Position numbers and translations under genes: made by a program. A stretch of DNA of 63,900 nt, counting the filler, from Saprolegnia diclina VS20 (taxonomy: Eukaryota): the NCBI RefSeq assembly GCF_000281045.1. It is 5 parts of 3 records of this genome, joined end to end, with 100 filler letters (N's around TTAATTAATTAA, not from the genome) between each part and the next. Parts side by side here need not be neighbours in the genome. Positions count along the whole stretch, not along the records: positions 1 to 30,023 come from NW_008246156.1; 4 more parts are not named here. The stretch is one strand, 5' to 3'. Below, piece after piece: positions 1 through 11,400 of this stretch (within the stretch, counting starts at the first letter, position 1; every line of letters starts with the position of its first letter). Under the pieces are notes generated by a model. The model had not been told where the DNA came from, made no database searches, and was given only the letters and a program-made list of their open reading frames with translations.

Positions 1-581
1 GCAGTCGCGTCTTCGATGGCTGCTTGAACGCACTCGGCGCTCACGATCTCGTCGGCGTTCGAGTACAAAAAGAGCTTGGGAATGTGCGCCTGCTCCACAA
101 AGTAGCGCTGCCAGTGCAAGCCAAAGACGTTTGCCGTGCGCGTCACGTACGGGTACAAGGTCAGTTGCACCAAGAAAGCGCGCATGCCCAGCGAGAGGCC
201 GAGCGACGGCAAGTTGCCCGCGCCCTTCCACGTCTCGAGGAGCGACTTGGTCGTCGCCCGGCTCGGCGCCGAGTCGAACACCATCGCCGGCACATGAAAT
301 GGGCGCTGGGATCCGCGCAAATGGTCTTCAAAGCAGTACCACGACCGGCACCCGCCGTTCGAAAGCATGTGCGGAATGAGCTCGAGCGACTCGGTTGGCG
401 GCAGCAGGTCGGTTGGCGCTGTCGGGTGCACGTTGGCGCCGTCTGTGAGAAAGTCGCCTTGGCTGCTAAGGAGCACGACAGCGTCGTAGCCGAGCTGCTT
501 GTAGAGCTCGGCGTACTTGGCCACCGGGCGGGCCTTGGCGCCCATCCAGCCGCAGACAACGACGACGCGCTTCGTGGCCAT
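1..581 (-). CDS. DUF829/TMEM53-like alpha/beta-hydrolase, copy 1 (3' end runs off the window)
   Basis: Manual translation from ATG 581: MATKRVVVVCGWMGAKARPVAKYAELY...HMLSNGG...MVFDSAPS...IPKLFLYSNADEIV. The frame is open to base 1 and closely paralogous to ORF 946-1662. Confidence 0.85.
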   Translation of the reverse strand, partial: MATKRVVVVCGWMGAKARPVAKYAELYKQLGYDAVVLLSSQGDFLTDGANVHPTAPTDLLPPTESLELIPHMLSNGGCRSWYCFEDHLRGSQRPFHVPAMVFDSAPSRATTKSLLETWKGAGNLPSLGLSLGMRAFLVQLTLYPYVTRTANVFGLHWQRYFVEQAHIPKLFLYSNADEIVSAECVQAAIEDAT

Positions 582-617
582 TTTGCAGTCTGGTGTTGCA
601 TCGACCATGATCCGGTG

Positions 618-659
618 ACCAATCATATCGTTTGACAGGCGAGCACGCGCTGTGATTGG
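618..659. promoter_or_regulatory. CCAAT...ATTGG-bounded upstream element
   Basis: ACCAATCATATC-GTTTGACA...GATTGG lies just upstream of DUF829 copy 1. A related element lies at 1698-1740. Confidence 0.45.
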
Positions 660-945
660 CGGAATGTTGGCGCCACGTCCTTCTTGGCGAAGCCGGCCGT
701 CGACGCGAGTTCGATTCGCGTGTAGTCATCATAAGCACCATGTTGTGCATATTGTTATCTTATACTAGTACCTCTACATGTAAAGATCACGGATGAGGCT
801 GGCTACGCTCACCAAACGGCAACTCCAAAACGACGTCGTGACAGCGGGACGTCGAGGCGTGCGGCGATCGTACCCGCCTTGCATCTGGGGCTTCGAATTG
901 CGCGCTGTCTCGAGTCTCAAGCAATACTCGTATTATAGCGATGCC

Positions 946-1662
946 TTAGATCAGCGCCTGCTTGAAGAAGGACGCGACCACGGACGCGTACCGCTGTGGC
1001 GCTTGCGCATAGAGCGACACGTGCTTTGCCTGCACAAATTCTTCGACGACAACTCTCGTGCCTGCGTCTTTGGCGCATGCAATCGCAGCCTGGATATGCG
1101 CGGGGGAGACAATATTGTCTTGGGGCGAGAACATGAAGAGCTTGGGCACGTGCGCTTGGTCGACCAAGTAGCGCTGCCAGTGCTCCTCGAACGCATCGTC
1201 GGAGCGCGAGAGGGTCGGGTACCACTTCATACCAATGAGCATAAGCCGCGTGGCGAGGCGCAGGCGAAGCGTCGGCAGCGCGTCGGTCGCTGGCCACGAA
1301 AAGTCGGCGGCGTCCTTGACGTTGGTGCTGGGCGCCGAGTCAAACACCATCGCGGGCACTATGTAGCGCTCGTTGGCGTCGCGGAGAGAGCGCTCGACGG
1401 CAAACCACGACCGACACCCGCCGTTCGAGAGCATGTGCGGAATGAGCTCGAGTGTGTCGGTGGGTGACTGCTTGAGCGGTGCCAACACGGTGGCGACGGC
1501 GTTGGGGTGCAGGAAGCGCGCCGGCTGGAGAAGGTCGGCGCCGCCGCTGAGCAGCACGACCGCGTCGTAGCCCAGCTGCTTGTAGAGCTCGGCGTACTTG
1601 GCGACCGGCCGCGCCTTGGCGTTGAGCCAGCCACAAACGACGACGACGCGCTTCGTGGTCAT
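946..1662 (-). CDS. DUF829/TMEM53-like alpha/beta-hydrolase, copy 2
   Basis: 238-aa intronless ORF with VCGW, KY..LY, HMLSNGG (nucleophile elbow), FDSAP, KLFMFS..D..V and a C-terminal HV motif. Confidence 0.88.
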   Translation of the reverse strand: MTTKRVVVVCGWLNAKARPVAKYAELYKQLGYDAVVLLSGGADLLQPARFLHPNAVATVLAPLKQSPTDTLELIPHMLSNGGCRSWFAVERSLRDANERYIVPAMVFDSAPSTNVKDAADFSWPATDALPTLRLRLATRLMLIGMKWYPTLSRSDDAFEEHWQRYLVDQAHVPKLFMFSPQDNIVSPAHIQAAIACAKDAGTRVVVEEFVQAKHVSLYAQAPQRYASVVASFFKQALI

Positions 1663-1697
1663 TTCGCACCTTGCCGATGCGTCAACAGTTTCAACGG

Positions 1698-1740
1698 ACC
1701 AATCCGCGCCCGTGGTGTCAAACGGCGTGATATGATTGGT
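1698..1740. promoter_or_regulatory. CCAAT...ATTGG-bounded upstream element (opposite orientation to 618-659)
   Basis: Its reverse complement reads ACCAATCATATC-acgcc-GTTTGACA...GATTGG. Confidence 0.45.
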
Positions 1741-2603
1741 GCATTCGGATCGTACGATCTTCCATCAGTAGACGCTCTGGGCAATATTGCTCTCTCATTC
1801 TGGCGTGCAGAGATGCACGAGCATCCACGTAGTATACAAACTCTAACCAGACATGCAGCGCCTTGCCGAGCCTTGGGCGAAGGCAATCCATTTGTACATT
1901 TAGCCGAGCCACTCCATCAACTGTCAAGCGAGTGAGCTGTTCCACCGATTCTCACAACCACGTATGTGGTGCCCATCCCGATGCAGAAGCGCGCAGTCAC
2001 GGGCTGCGTCACGAGCGAGCAGTCGACAAGCATCCAAGTAAGCCCACTATGTAGCAAGCAGTAGCTTTGGCGGTAGAACGTCGACTGCCAAATCAGCGCC
2101 AAGCGTTGCTCACGCGACTCTGTTTGGCTCAACTTCTGCACTGTACAGTCTCTGTCAGCGCGTGCTGCTTCCAGCGCCGGCACCTTCCGCCTTGACACCA
2201 CTGCCGACTCATTCTCGGAGTGAACGAGATGCAGTGAGCGTCTACGGCAGCCTCTCGCTCTTCATATACCCGTTGTTGTCTTCGTACTCGCCCCACCTTT
2301 TGCATGCAACAAGTATCTTTTGCTCCAGAGTACAGTGTAATGACATCGGTTCCTCCTGACGGACGAGGACGGCGGCCGTTAAGGTCCCGGAATCGCGTCT
2401 ACCTCGGATGCAATGCTGCGCGCGCCAGCGATATCGCCCCATATCGAAGGGCTGGGTGTGTCTGCGTCGTTGGCACCAGCTTGATCGCGTATCGCGCGTC
2501 GAGTCCGTGAGCTACAGCGCTTGGATTGCTGCCTTCAACTGTTGAAGACCCTGCCCATGGCATTTCGTAGCACAACTCAATTCGCCTCGATCCAAGCATC
2601 GCC

Positions 2604-3422
2604 ATGTCTACCAAGAAGCGCCTCGTCGTCGTGGTCTGTGGCTGGATGGGCGGCTCGCGGCGCGCGGTCGACAAGTACGCCGCCGTGTACACGCGGCTCG
2701 GCTGCAAGGACGTTGTCGTTGTCCAAAACTCGATGCTTGACTTTTTCAAGGCAGATGTGCACGCTGCGACAGCGGCGCGGCTTCAGCAGCTCGGCGACGA
2801 CTGCGCGTTCGTGCCGCATCTGCTCTCGAACGGCGGGTGCAAGTCGTGGACGTCCATCGACACGCACATGCGCAACGCCAACCATGCGTTCCACGTGCCG
2901 GCCATGGTCTTTGACTCGGCGCCGAGCCGCGGCGAGCAAGCCGCCGTCGACTTTACGTGGCGCGGTGCACGCCACCTCCGGACGTTGCGCGAGCGCCTCG
3001 CGGTGCGGCTCTCGCTGAGCGCACTCAAGTGGCTGCCGCCCTTTCGACCGGCGCACGAGCAATTCAAGGACCACTGGCGACTCTGCTTTGATACGTACAA
3101 GGCGGTGCCCAAGCTCTTCCTCTACTCGTCACGCGACACGTTTGTGGACCCGGAGAGCATCCGCACCGCGATGGCAACGGCGAACGAGAGCGCTACGATC
3201 GTCGACGCAGTCGACTTTGCGACGTCGGGGCACGTGCAACACCTCGCGACCGACCCGACGAGATATGCGCGTGCGCTTCAAGCGTTCTGCGCCAAGGCGC
3301 TGTCGCCTTCGACAGCCATCAACGACCACGTCCAGAAGAAGACGAAGGTCGTCATCCAAGCGATCGTGACCACCGACGAAGCTCCGCGCTCCCAGCGCCA
3401 GCGCCGCGCGACGGCGGCGTAG
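2604..3422 (+). CDS. DUF829/TMEM53-like alpha/beta-hydrolase, copy 3
   Basis: 272-aa ORF with VCGWMG, HLLSNGG, FDSAPS, KLFLYSSRD and SGHVQH. Confidence 0.88.
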   Translation: MSTKKRLVVVVCGWMGGSRRAVDKYAAVYTRLGCKDVVVVQNSMLDFFKADVHAATAARLQQLGDDCAFVPHLLSNGGCKSWTSIDTHMRNANHAFHVPAMVFDSAPSRGEQAAVDFTWRGARHLRTLRERLAVRLSLSALKWLPPFRPAHEQFKDHWRLCFDTYKAVPKLFLYSSRDTFVDPESIRTAMATANESATIVDAVDFATSGHVQHLATDPTRYARALQAFCAKALSPSTAINDHVQKKTKVVIQAIVTTDEAPRSQRQRRATAA

Positions 3423-4136
3423 CGAGTCGTCGGAGATTGTGGTCATGTTGTCTAAATGCATAAATGCTAGTCGTATCTGCTTGTGCTTTGTGCTTCGCCG
3501 CCTGCACTTGATGAGGGGTAGGGTAGGACGCCACGGGATCGAAAGTCCAACCGCCAGCGACAACCTCCGAGCATGTGCAACCGAGTGCTGTACAAAGAAG
3601 CAAAACGAACTGGCGCGCGCCGTCGAGCAGCCTTGCCAGACGAGATACCGAAGCCCGAGTCGTTGAGCCGCAAGCGCATCCAGAGACCGCTCGGGAAGCC
3701 GCCGCTGACCATAGCCCGAGAGTCGCCAGGGTCGTATAGCAGCTACCGGTGCGACAGCGCAGAAATCGACATCCACCAATGCATAAACTGGTGCAAACAA
3801 AGGCTCGCCCAACTGTGCAACCCGACCAGATTGGCGACCAGTTCTGGTCATGCGGTCGTCTGGTGCCAAAGCACGTCGCATCCGCACTCCCGTGGTGGGC
3901 CAAGCCACAGGGACGCTGCCACGTCATCTGCATCCATGGTTCCTCGATCTCGTGTCGATACAACCGCTGGCACCACCAAACGAGCCAAAAGTGGATCGGT
4001 AGCAGATCCACAAGTCCCACGCCCATCCAGGCGGGTGCATCTCTCGGTGTTAAGAACGGTACAATCGACAGGCGACAGGGTGGCGCCAAGGGAACCGCTC
4101 AGGTGTTGAGCTGTCGACTTTTCATTTTCACTTGGC

Positions 4137-4868
4137 ATGGCGCAGGCTCGTTCGACCGACGCCATTGGCGACAAAAACGACGTCCTCGTCCTTGTCTGCA
4201 GCTGGATGAACAGCGCGCCGCGTCACGCGGCCAAGTACGCTGCGCTCTACAACGACATCGGGTTTCGCCACACGACGATCGTGCCCAGCAGCGGCCTCGA
4301 TTTTTTTCTGCCAGCGTCCTCGGTGCACGCCGAGACGGCCGCGCGCCTCTGTGATCCGACCAAAACGCTGCGGCTGCACGTGCACATCATGTCGAACGGC
4401 GGTGCGCGGTCCTGGTACTGCCTCGAGACGCATCTCCAGCGCCTCCATCAGCCGTATATCGTCACGTCCTTTGTGTTTGACTCGGCGCCGACCTTGGTTC
4501 GCGGCGGCTTTACGGACCCGACCGTGTTTGTACAGCACATTCGGAACCCGTTGGCGCGCGGCGCGCTCTACGGCGTCATGAAGGTCGTGCTCTGGAGCCT
4601 CAACGCGCTTCTGTTTGTCCTGCATCGAGACCACGTACTGGCGCTCAACTTCGAGTCGCAGATCGCCAATACAGGGGCGATCCCAAAGCTTTTTTTGTAT
4701 TCGCGCGCCGACAAGCTCATCCCGCTGGCAGATTTCCAAGACGCAATGCAAGCCGCCAAGGACACTGGAGCGACGGTGCATGGCGTCGACTTTATGACGA
4801 GCCCGCATGTTGGCCACTACCAGGCGCACCCCGAGGCCTACCGCGCGGCCCTTGCTTCGTTCTTGTAA
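4137..4868 (+). CDS. DUF829/TMEM53-like alpha/beta-hydrolase, copy 4
   Basis: 243-aa ORF with VCSWMN, HIMSNGG, FDSAP, a hydrophobic segment, KLFLYSRADKLI and SPHVGH. An Inr-like TTCATTTT lies just upstream. Confidence 0.88.
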   Translation: MAQARSTDAIGDKNDVLVLVCSWMNSAPRHAAKYAALYNDIGFRHTTIVPSSGLDFFLPASSVHAETAARLCDPTKTLRLHVHIMSNGGARSWYCLETHLQRLHQPYIVTSFVFDSAPTLVRGGFTDPTVFVQHIRNPLARGALYGVMKVVLWSLNALLFVLHRDHVLALNFESQIANTGAIPKLFLYSRADKLIPLADFQDAMQAAKDTGATVHGVDFMTSPHVGHYQAHPEAYRAALASFL

Positions 4869-5179
4869 CGGCGTCGTCGAATACGAGTACAAAATTGTCC
4901 TCTGCTTTTTGGATAGCGTTCAGATCCCAGCTAAATTAGCCGTGCCGAGCCTATGAAACCAAAACGTCCTGCGATTGATGATCGATCTATCCATGTATCC
5001 ATCTCTTGACCCGCCAACGACTGAGCTTCTTCTGCGGCCGCATCGGGAGGCTGAAGCGACACGGCCTCGCTACCTTGCGTTCGAGGCCGTTGTCGCCCCC
5101 GAATGTCCTCGATACACATTTTTTCTTCTTCTTCTAGTGTTAGTGGTACGGGGATTTATCTACACGTTAGACCCTAGCC

Positions 5180-7006
5180 CTATGCGTCGACGGTCGTGTC
5201 GTAGTCGTCAAACACGACGCGGCGCGCGCGACGGGTCGGCATCTTCTTGTTTCTGTACGGCGCCTTGTGCGGATGGAGTTGTGATAGCATCGCCTTGAGC
5301 TGACGCGCTTCTTCAAACTGCTTGAGCGCTTCGAACGACCGAATCGCTGTCCAGAGCATGAGCGGGCGCGGCGCAAAGCTCACGGCTTGCGTCGACGGGT
5401 TGGTGCGGTGGCGCGCTTCCAGCTCTTGGTAGAGTTCGATGACGCGCGGGTGGTTGCCGAGGCGCCCGGCGGCAACCATACCCGCTTCCGTGATGCGGTA
5501 GCCGACTTCGTAGTTGGGATTTTCGAGCAGCTTATCGACAAAGACAACGCAGTCCTCGTACCGGTGCAAGTGCAGTAGCCAGTGCGCCGTGTGGTCCATC
5601 GCCGGGTACGAGAGCGCCCAGTGGTTATCAAACGCGTCATTGAGGAGCAGCATCACCTGCTTGAACTGGTGCTCGTCCTCGGCCTTCTCGGTCGCGTCCT
5701 CGATCGCGGCCTTGTGGCCCCAGATGAGGAGATCGCAGATGCGCTCGGCGTCCCAGCCGCCGAGGACCGCGTCGTATTTGGTAAAGAGGGCGCGTATCTC
5801 GCAGATTTGCAAGTTTTTGGTCATGCAGAGTGAAAAGAACTGCTGGCGCCGGAGCGCCTGCAGAAGGCCCACGCCGTGCGTCTGCATCAAGTCGACCATC
5901 TCCGTCGCGCCTTTCAAGTCGGCGTCTTCGACATGGCGGTTGAGGAGGTCTTTCAGCAGCCGCGCCTTGAAGTCTGGCTGCGAGTGCGGGAGCGCGAGGA
6001 GGTCGCGGAGAATCGACGTCGCGTCCGACTTGTAGTTGAGTTTCCAGAGATTTTGCAAAAGCACTTCGTATTGAAACTCGTGTCGACCGGAGATCGCGCC
6101 ATACGACTTGTTGGCGTCCCAGACGCGGCGCGCGCGGCCCCACACGGACTTGGCCATTGTCGGACTCTTCTGCGACGCATGCGTGGCCGCCAGAATCAGA
6201 ATTTGTCCCAAGAGCGACGTCGAGACAGGGTACGACGCCGACGTCGCGGCCTCGGCGAGCTCGAGCGACGTGAGCGGATGGACGGTCGTGTCGCGGAGCG
6301 CGGTCGAGAGGATGTGAAAGTACGCGGCACCCTGCGGCGAGAAGCCCGCCGCTTGCATCGCGTTGGCGACAAACTGGGCGCGCGCCCAGTCTTTCGTGTG
6401 CCCGCAGGCCGTGAGCACGGCGGTGAAGATCGCCGACGAGAGCGGTAGCCGGAGGTAGTGCCAGTCGGCAAAGGCTGCGACCGTGTGCGCAAACTTCTTT
6501 TGCCGGTTGAGCGCGATGACGTAGAGCAGGCGCATCTCGTTGGATACGTCGTGCACCATGGCGGCGTCCATGTACAGCTCGACGACCTGCTCGTACGCAA
6601 AGCGAGCTGCGTGCGCCTCCATGGCCCAGCGGTAGCTCTCGATCGACTTGGTGGGCAGCGCCGCAAACAGCGAGAGTGCGTCGTCGTAGCGGTGCGCTTG
6701 CACATGCGCGACCATTTGCGCACTAACATCGCCGTCACGAGGCATTGCTACGCCGGCCGGCAGGCGGCGCGGTGCCACGATCAGTTCGAACTCGCTTGGG
6801 GCCTTCTTCGCCTTGGCCGGCCTGCTCTTGAGCTGCCGCGGCGATGTCGCATCGTTCGACATGGCCTTCTTCGCCTTGGCTGGCTTGATCTTGAGCTGTC
6901 GCAGCGGCGGTGTCGCATCGTCCGACATGCACCGGAGCGCTCCCACGTGGCTCGTCGTCAAGACCGGCGCCCATCGGCGCGGGACCGACACCAAGCTGCG
7001 CAGCAT
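5180..7006 (-). CDS. Pentatricopeptide-repeat-like helical-repeat protein, probably mitochondrial
   Basis: Long intronless ORF. The likely start MLRSLVSVPRRW resembles a transit peptide. PPR-like helices: IFTAVLTACGHTKDWARAQFVANAMQAAGFSP and AGMVAAGRLGNHPRVIELYQEL. Confidence 0.7.
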   Translation of the reverse strand: MLRSLVSVPRRWAPVLTTSHVGALRCMSDDATPPLRQLKIKPAKAKKAMSNDATSPRQLKSRPAKAKKAPSEFELIVAPRRLPAGVAMPRDGDVSAQMVAHVQAHRYDDALSLFAALPTKSIESYRWAMEAHAARFAYEQVVELYMDAAMVHDVSNEMRLLYVIALNRQKKFAHTVAAFADWHYLRLPLSSAIFTAVLTACGHTKDWARAQFVANAMQAAGFSPQGAAYFHILSTALRDTTVHPLTSLELAEAATSASYPVSTSLLGQILILAATHASQKSPTMAKSVWGRARRVWDANKSYGAISGRHEFQYEVLLQNLWKLNYKSDATSILRDLLALPHSQPDFKARLLKDLLNRHVEDADLKGATEMVDLMQTHGVGLLQALRRQQFFSLCMTKNLQICEIRALFTKYDAVLGGWDAERICDLLIWGHKAAIEDATEKAEDEHQFKQVMLLLNDAFDNHWALSYPAMDHTAHWLLHLHRYEDCVVFVDKLLENPNYEVGYRITEAGMVAAGRLGNHPRVIELYQELEARHRTNPSTQAVSFAPRPLMLWTAIRSFEALKQFEEARQLKAMLSQLHPHKAPYRNKKMPTRRARRVVFDDYDTTVDA

Positions 7007-7418
7007 GGTTGATGGATTCGGCCTTGTGCACCAATGATATGCTATCCGGATAACCAAGCCGCCCGAGTCTAAATGCACGCGTCCTTAGCTGTCCAGGCGC
7101 ATCGATGCCAGCGCCATGCACGATTGCACCAAGTGATAAACACAACGATCGAGAGCACCAATACTATCCATCTATCTATCTATCCATCTATCTACATAGC
7201 TAGTAGCTATATGTATCCAGCAAGAATCCTTCGACCCATGCTCCTCGAGCGAAAACCGCTACTGCTTGTAAGCCTTCATAGTACAGCGTCCGAGAGACGC
7301 GGCAGTTCGGTTATCATAGCAGCCGACTAGTAGAAAGCTAGTAGGAAGCGACTCACTCTAAATTGCGCCGTTGAAAAATGATATGGGAGCACGGTGAGAT
7401 TTAGTCGACTAGAGGTAT

Positions 7419-8213
7419 CTACTTGGACTGCGTCGCAGGTCGCTGGCGGCAGAGCGCGGCAAGCTCCTTCAAGCGAGCGCTATACGGCACTGCATTCGTT
7501 GCTCTGAGCTCGTGGAGAAGGGAGCGTCCGGCGCTGTACTTGCGCAGGCCCACGAGCGCCTCCAGGTGCGCCATGTGAAAGGCCGGGAGCTGTTGCAGAC
7601 TCTCCTTGTGCTTGGTCGCGAGCATACCAATAACGGTTTCGTACTGCTCGTAGCGCACGAGCTCGGCAAGAAGCGCCGCAATGGCGTCGATCGGCAACTC
7701 GAGGAGCGTCTCGGACCAAAGCAGCCAGAACTCGATGGCCGCCGCCGCTTGGCCTTGGGCCACGAGATGCACGAGCACGTCTTGCAGAGGCAGCTCCTGT
7801 GTCGGTGACAGTAGCGCCTTGTGGTTCTCGAGATACCACTGCAGCGCCGACGGCAGGTCCTTCGCGTGCTCCCGAAAGTAGCTGCGCGAGAAGACGCGCA
7901 TCGCTGGCGCCGTTGCGAGCACATCGTTCTCGTGCATCAGCTCCACGAGCGTCTTGGCGCGGGCGACATCGCGCGCCATCGAGAGCCGCAAGAGCACGTC
8001 CGAGACGACTCCGAGGTCGTCGTCGTTGGTGGTGGTCTGGAGTACGCTCTGCGCCATCTGCAAGCGCTCCGCCGCTAGAAGATCGATGGGCGAGCAATCA
8101 TCCACACTGAAAGCGCTCTGAAGAGAAATGGCTGTCGCATGGAGAAAGCGACGGCGCAGCGCTGGGCGGCCAGCCACAAGCCGCAGGCATCGTCCACTCG
8201 TTCGCGCCAGCAT
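7419..8213 (-). CDS. Putative mitochondrial helical-repeat (PPR/TPR-like) protein
   Basis: 264-aa ORF with an Arg-rich, acid-free N-terminus (MLARTSGRCLRL...RRRFLH) and helical-hairpin-like segments. Confidence 0.55.
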   Translation of the reverse strand: MLARTSGRCLRLVAGRPALRRRFLHATAISLQSAFSVDDCSPIDLLAAERLQMAQSVLQTTTNDDDLGVVSDVLLRLSMARDVARAKTLVELMHENDVLATAPAMRVFSRSYFREHAKDLPSALQWYLENHKALLSPTQELPLQDVLVHLVAQGQAAAAIEFWLLWSETLLELPIDAIAALLAELVRYEQYETVIGMLATKHKESLQQLPAFHMAHLEALVGLRKYSAGRSLLHELRATNAVPYSARLKELAALCRQRPATQSK

Positions 8214-8405
8214 GCCAAAAAGTCGGTCTGGTGAGCTATCCGGACTGTACGGATACCAGTACCATCGACGGAAAATGTGTCAACGCGATCTTATTGGGAA
8301 ATGCAAGTGCAATGCGCGGTGTCTGCTGCTACTCGTCGGACGAGGAGGCGTCGTCGTGGGACATGGCGAGGCCGTGGTCTTGGTGCAAGATCCTATGCAG
8401 AGAGC

Positions 8406-11400
8406 TCAGTATCCTGCGCGGACTGGCGCAAGAAACACCGACTCGTGCAGCCGCGTCCACTGGGTCGCCATGGCGTCGGGCAAAGGCGGCGCGCTCTTGG
8501 TATCCAGGATCGTCGCCATCGATCGCTACGCAGATGGCATGCATGAAAAGCGATGCGACAAGCGATGTGACGTACATGCTGCATGATGTAGTGGGCGCCA
8601 AGTGCGTTGACGGCCTTGGTCGAAACGAGGAACCGCTCAAAGCCCGACTCGTCCTGGTCCAGCGATAGCATCGTCTTCAAGATACAAAGTCACACCATAC
8701 CCTTTTCCAGAGCTTCGTACCGGCTGGCGATCCGACGCGGCAATCGCAGTCGACACAAAGTGCAGCGTGTCCTCGGGGCAGTGACTGTACATGGGATACG
8801 GTCTTTCTTTTTGCACAAGTCCGTCGTACCTCATCAGAGTGATGACATTGGCCGTGAACTGACTCGTCGAGGCCGTGAACGCTTGGACATGGGCTTCAAC
8901 CACTTGTTTCTCAGAGGTCGAACAGTCGGAGAGCGAGTGCAGCTCTGTCAGCGAGCAAAAGTCATTCAGGGTGCAGCAAGCCAGCAACGAGAAGTGCGTA
9001 CCCAGCACGACCCAGATCTAGTACAGAGGCCTGTGGCTACATGTTTGGGCGATAATCTATCGCTATATACCTTGGTGAAGACGGTCTGGTGCTCTGCGAG
9101 TTTGTAGGCGTACATCTGCGCTAACCCGTCGTCTGCAACGCAACACGTTAGCTATCGGAAAAAGAGCTGCGAACAACCAACATACCCAGAAAGATGGCAA
9201 GCGGCGCTACACAAAGCCCCGTGCTGGTATCCAATACGAGGCCCAACGGGCTGTCGAGGGGTCGGGGAACCAATTGTCTGCCTTGGGCCGAGACGTGCTC
9301 CTATCCAAGCCTCAGTCATTGCTTCGACATGGCGTTGTACTCGGTATGGAAAATCCTCGGCGCACAGGAGCACAATCGGCTGTTCGCGCACGGGCGACCC
9401 GCAGCGCTCACGTTCGTTCTTCTCGGGTGTGAAATCGTTTGAGATTTCCTACACTTGTTTGACGAAAAACTGCGGGTTTATGGAGAGAATTTACCGGGGA
9501 AGGCGCCACAAGCTGCAGCATCGAGTGTAGCGTCGACATGTGGGACTTTCGGAGCGTCTTTTGGTATACTTCGCTGGAGAGGCAAGCTTCCAAGAGCATG
9601 ACCCCGCCCGAGACGCCGTGCTCTTGCAAAACGTGCCACAAAAGCCTACGGCAGAGTCGATTTCAATTCCCAATAGCATTTCTCGTACCGGAGGGTGTGC
9701 AGGTAAATCAACTCGCCAAGGTTGTGACACCGCTCCATGATGTCGGGGCTTCGGCGCGCTCCAAGAACGTCCACCTTGGCCAATTCCTATGGTAGTTATA
9801 AATTATAGACGCAGTTTTGAAGCACAGGCCCGCCTGTTGCTGGGTGAGAACCATCGCCTCGAGCGTGGACAAGGCGAGGTGCTCCAAGGCCGACTTGGTC
9901 TTTGTTTCTTGGTACCGAAACTGACCGCACTTGACAAGCTTCCAGATGACGGGTCGAGCCGCGTGCAGCACAAACGTTTGGAGCGATGTGAGCAGTTCTT
10001 CGCTGCTCGACGGTGAGGAATCATCACTGACGCCTTGTTCGTCATCGCCCAAGTTCACGAGGCCGATCGTTGTCTCATGCTCGTCCTGCAGCTTGTACGC
10101 GATGGCTTTGCTGCTCTTCGGACGCTTCGCCGCTCGGGAGTAATCACCGCGGTCGTCTGTCTGCGATCGTTTCAACGTGCTGGCAATGTGCTCGTCCGTT
10201 GCGCTTATCGTCGGCGCATCCAGCTCTTCTGTGAACTCGTGTGCGTCCTACAAGTCCTCATCAGCATCAAAGCCCATGGACGTGAAGTTCGTACGGAAAA
10301 GAGTCGTTCGTTGAAGTAACATGGCACCTTGGACCAGACCATGGGCAATTCCATGGCAACGATGGTCGGGCAAATGATGACATCAGTTGGCGTCATGGCT
10401 TGATGCAGCATCGCCCTTGCTTGGAGGGCCTCTGACGGAACCATCAAAGTCGCTTTGAGGCGTGGCACTTCCAGTTGCTGGACGACCACCGTGTCGGACT
10501 TGGTCGCCGAGGCTTCCGGCGCAATATCGCACCAATGATTCTTCAAGTGCGCTGGCCATGCATCTTCGACGAATACGATCTTATACATAGCCGTAAAAGA
10601 CAGGATAGTAGCGTACCAAAGAGGCTTGGCGGGTGGGCAGACACGTGGAACTGATCGCAGTCAAGAATGGCCTTGCGATAGTGCGCATCGGCTCTGCTTG
10701 CCGCGGGTGCCGAGCCAATGATGCTATACATGGCCAGCGGATCGTCGGCCGACTGAAATCGTAGAGCGTCGTCATCCTCGGAAGCACCGTCGGGCCCTCC
10801 TGGTGCTACATCAAGGCCGTCGACAGCGGGATTTGGTCGTCGCTCGACCGGGACCGTATGCAGCGCGTCGACCATAGCATTGAGGCTTTGGGGCACCATG
10901 TCCAGGAGGCACGGAATCGATAGCTTGGAGTTGGACATGCGAGAGGTGTAGATGTTGCGGATGATCTCGAGCGGATACGCTTCCTCGCACAATATGGCGT
11001 TGTCCGATGCAAGCGCAAGCGGTTCGTCCAAGCTGCAGATCTCAATGACGTCGTCGTCGTCATTGGACTCTACAAGCTACACCATGAGGCCACGCGCTAG
11101 AGAGAAGCTGGTACGCGGAAAGGCGTCGAGCTCGGAGGTCGAAGGCGTGGTGCAGACGACGTGCTGCGAGGTATCGACCAAGGCGCTCCAGCAGCACGCA
11201 TCCTCATGCCACGCGCTAACGTCGTGGAAATACATTAGCCCGACCTTTCACATGAAGTAGCGTGGTACAAGTCAATGTCGCCAAGACCATTTGCGACTGC
11301 ATAGGCCAGGATGTCGCCGTCTCTTGATGGTGTGCATGGTTTGGCGCCGTCCATGGGGGAAGCCCATCGTAATTCGATCTCTTCGAGGGGGTCTTCATCA

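Noticed and set aside
3430..4110. Overlapping 180-260-aa ORFs between DUF829 copies 3 and 4
   Set aside because: No recognisable motifs or coding-like composition; treated as intergenic.
7163..7210. (CTAT/CCAT)n microsatellite-like tract; also GCATCGAGGCTG x2 near 24831
   Set aside because: Short simple repeats with no evident function.
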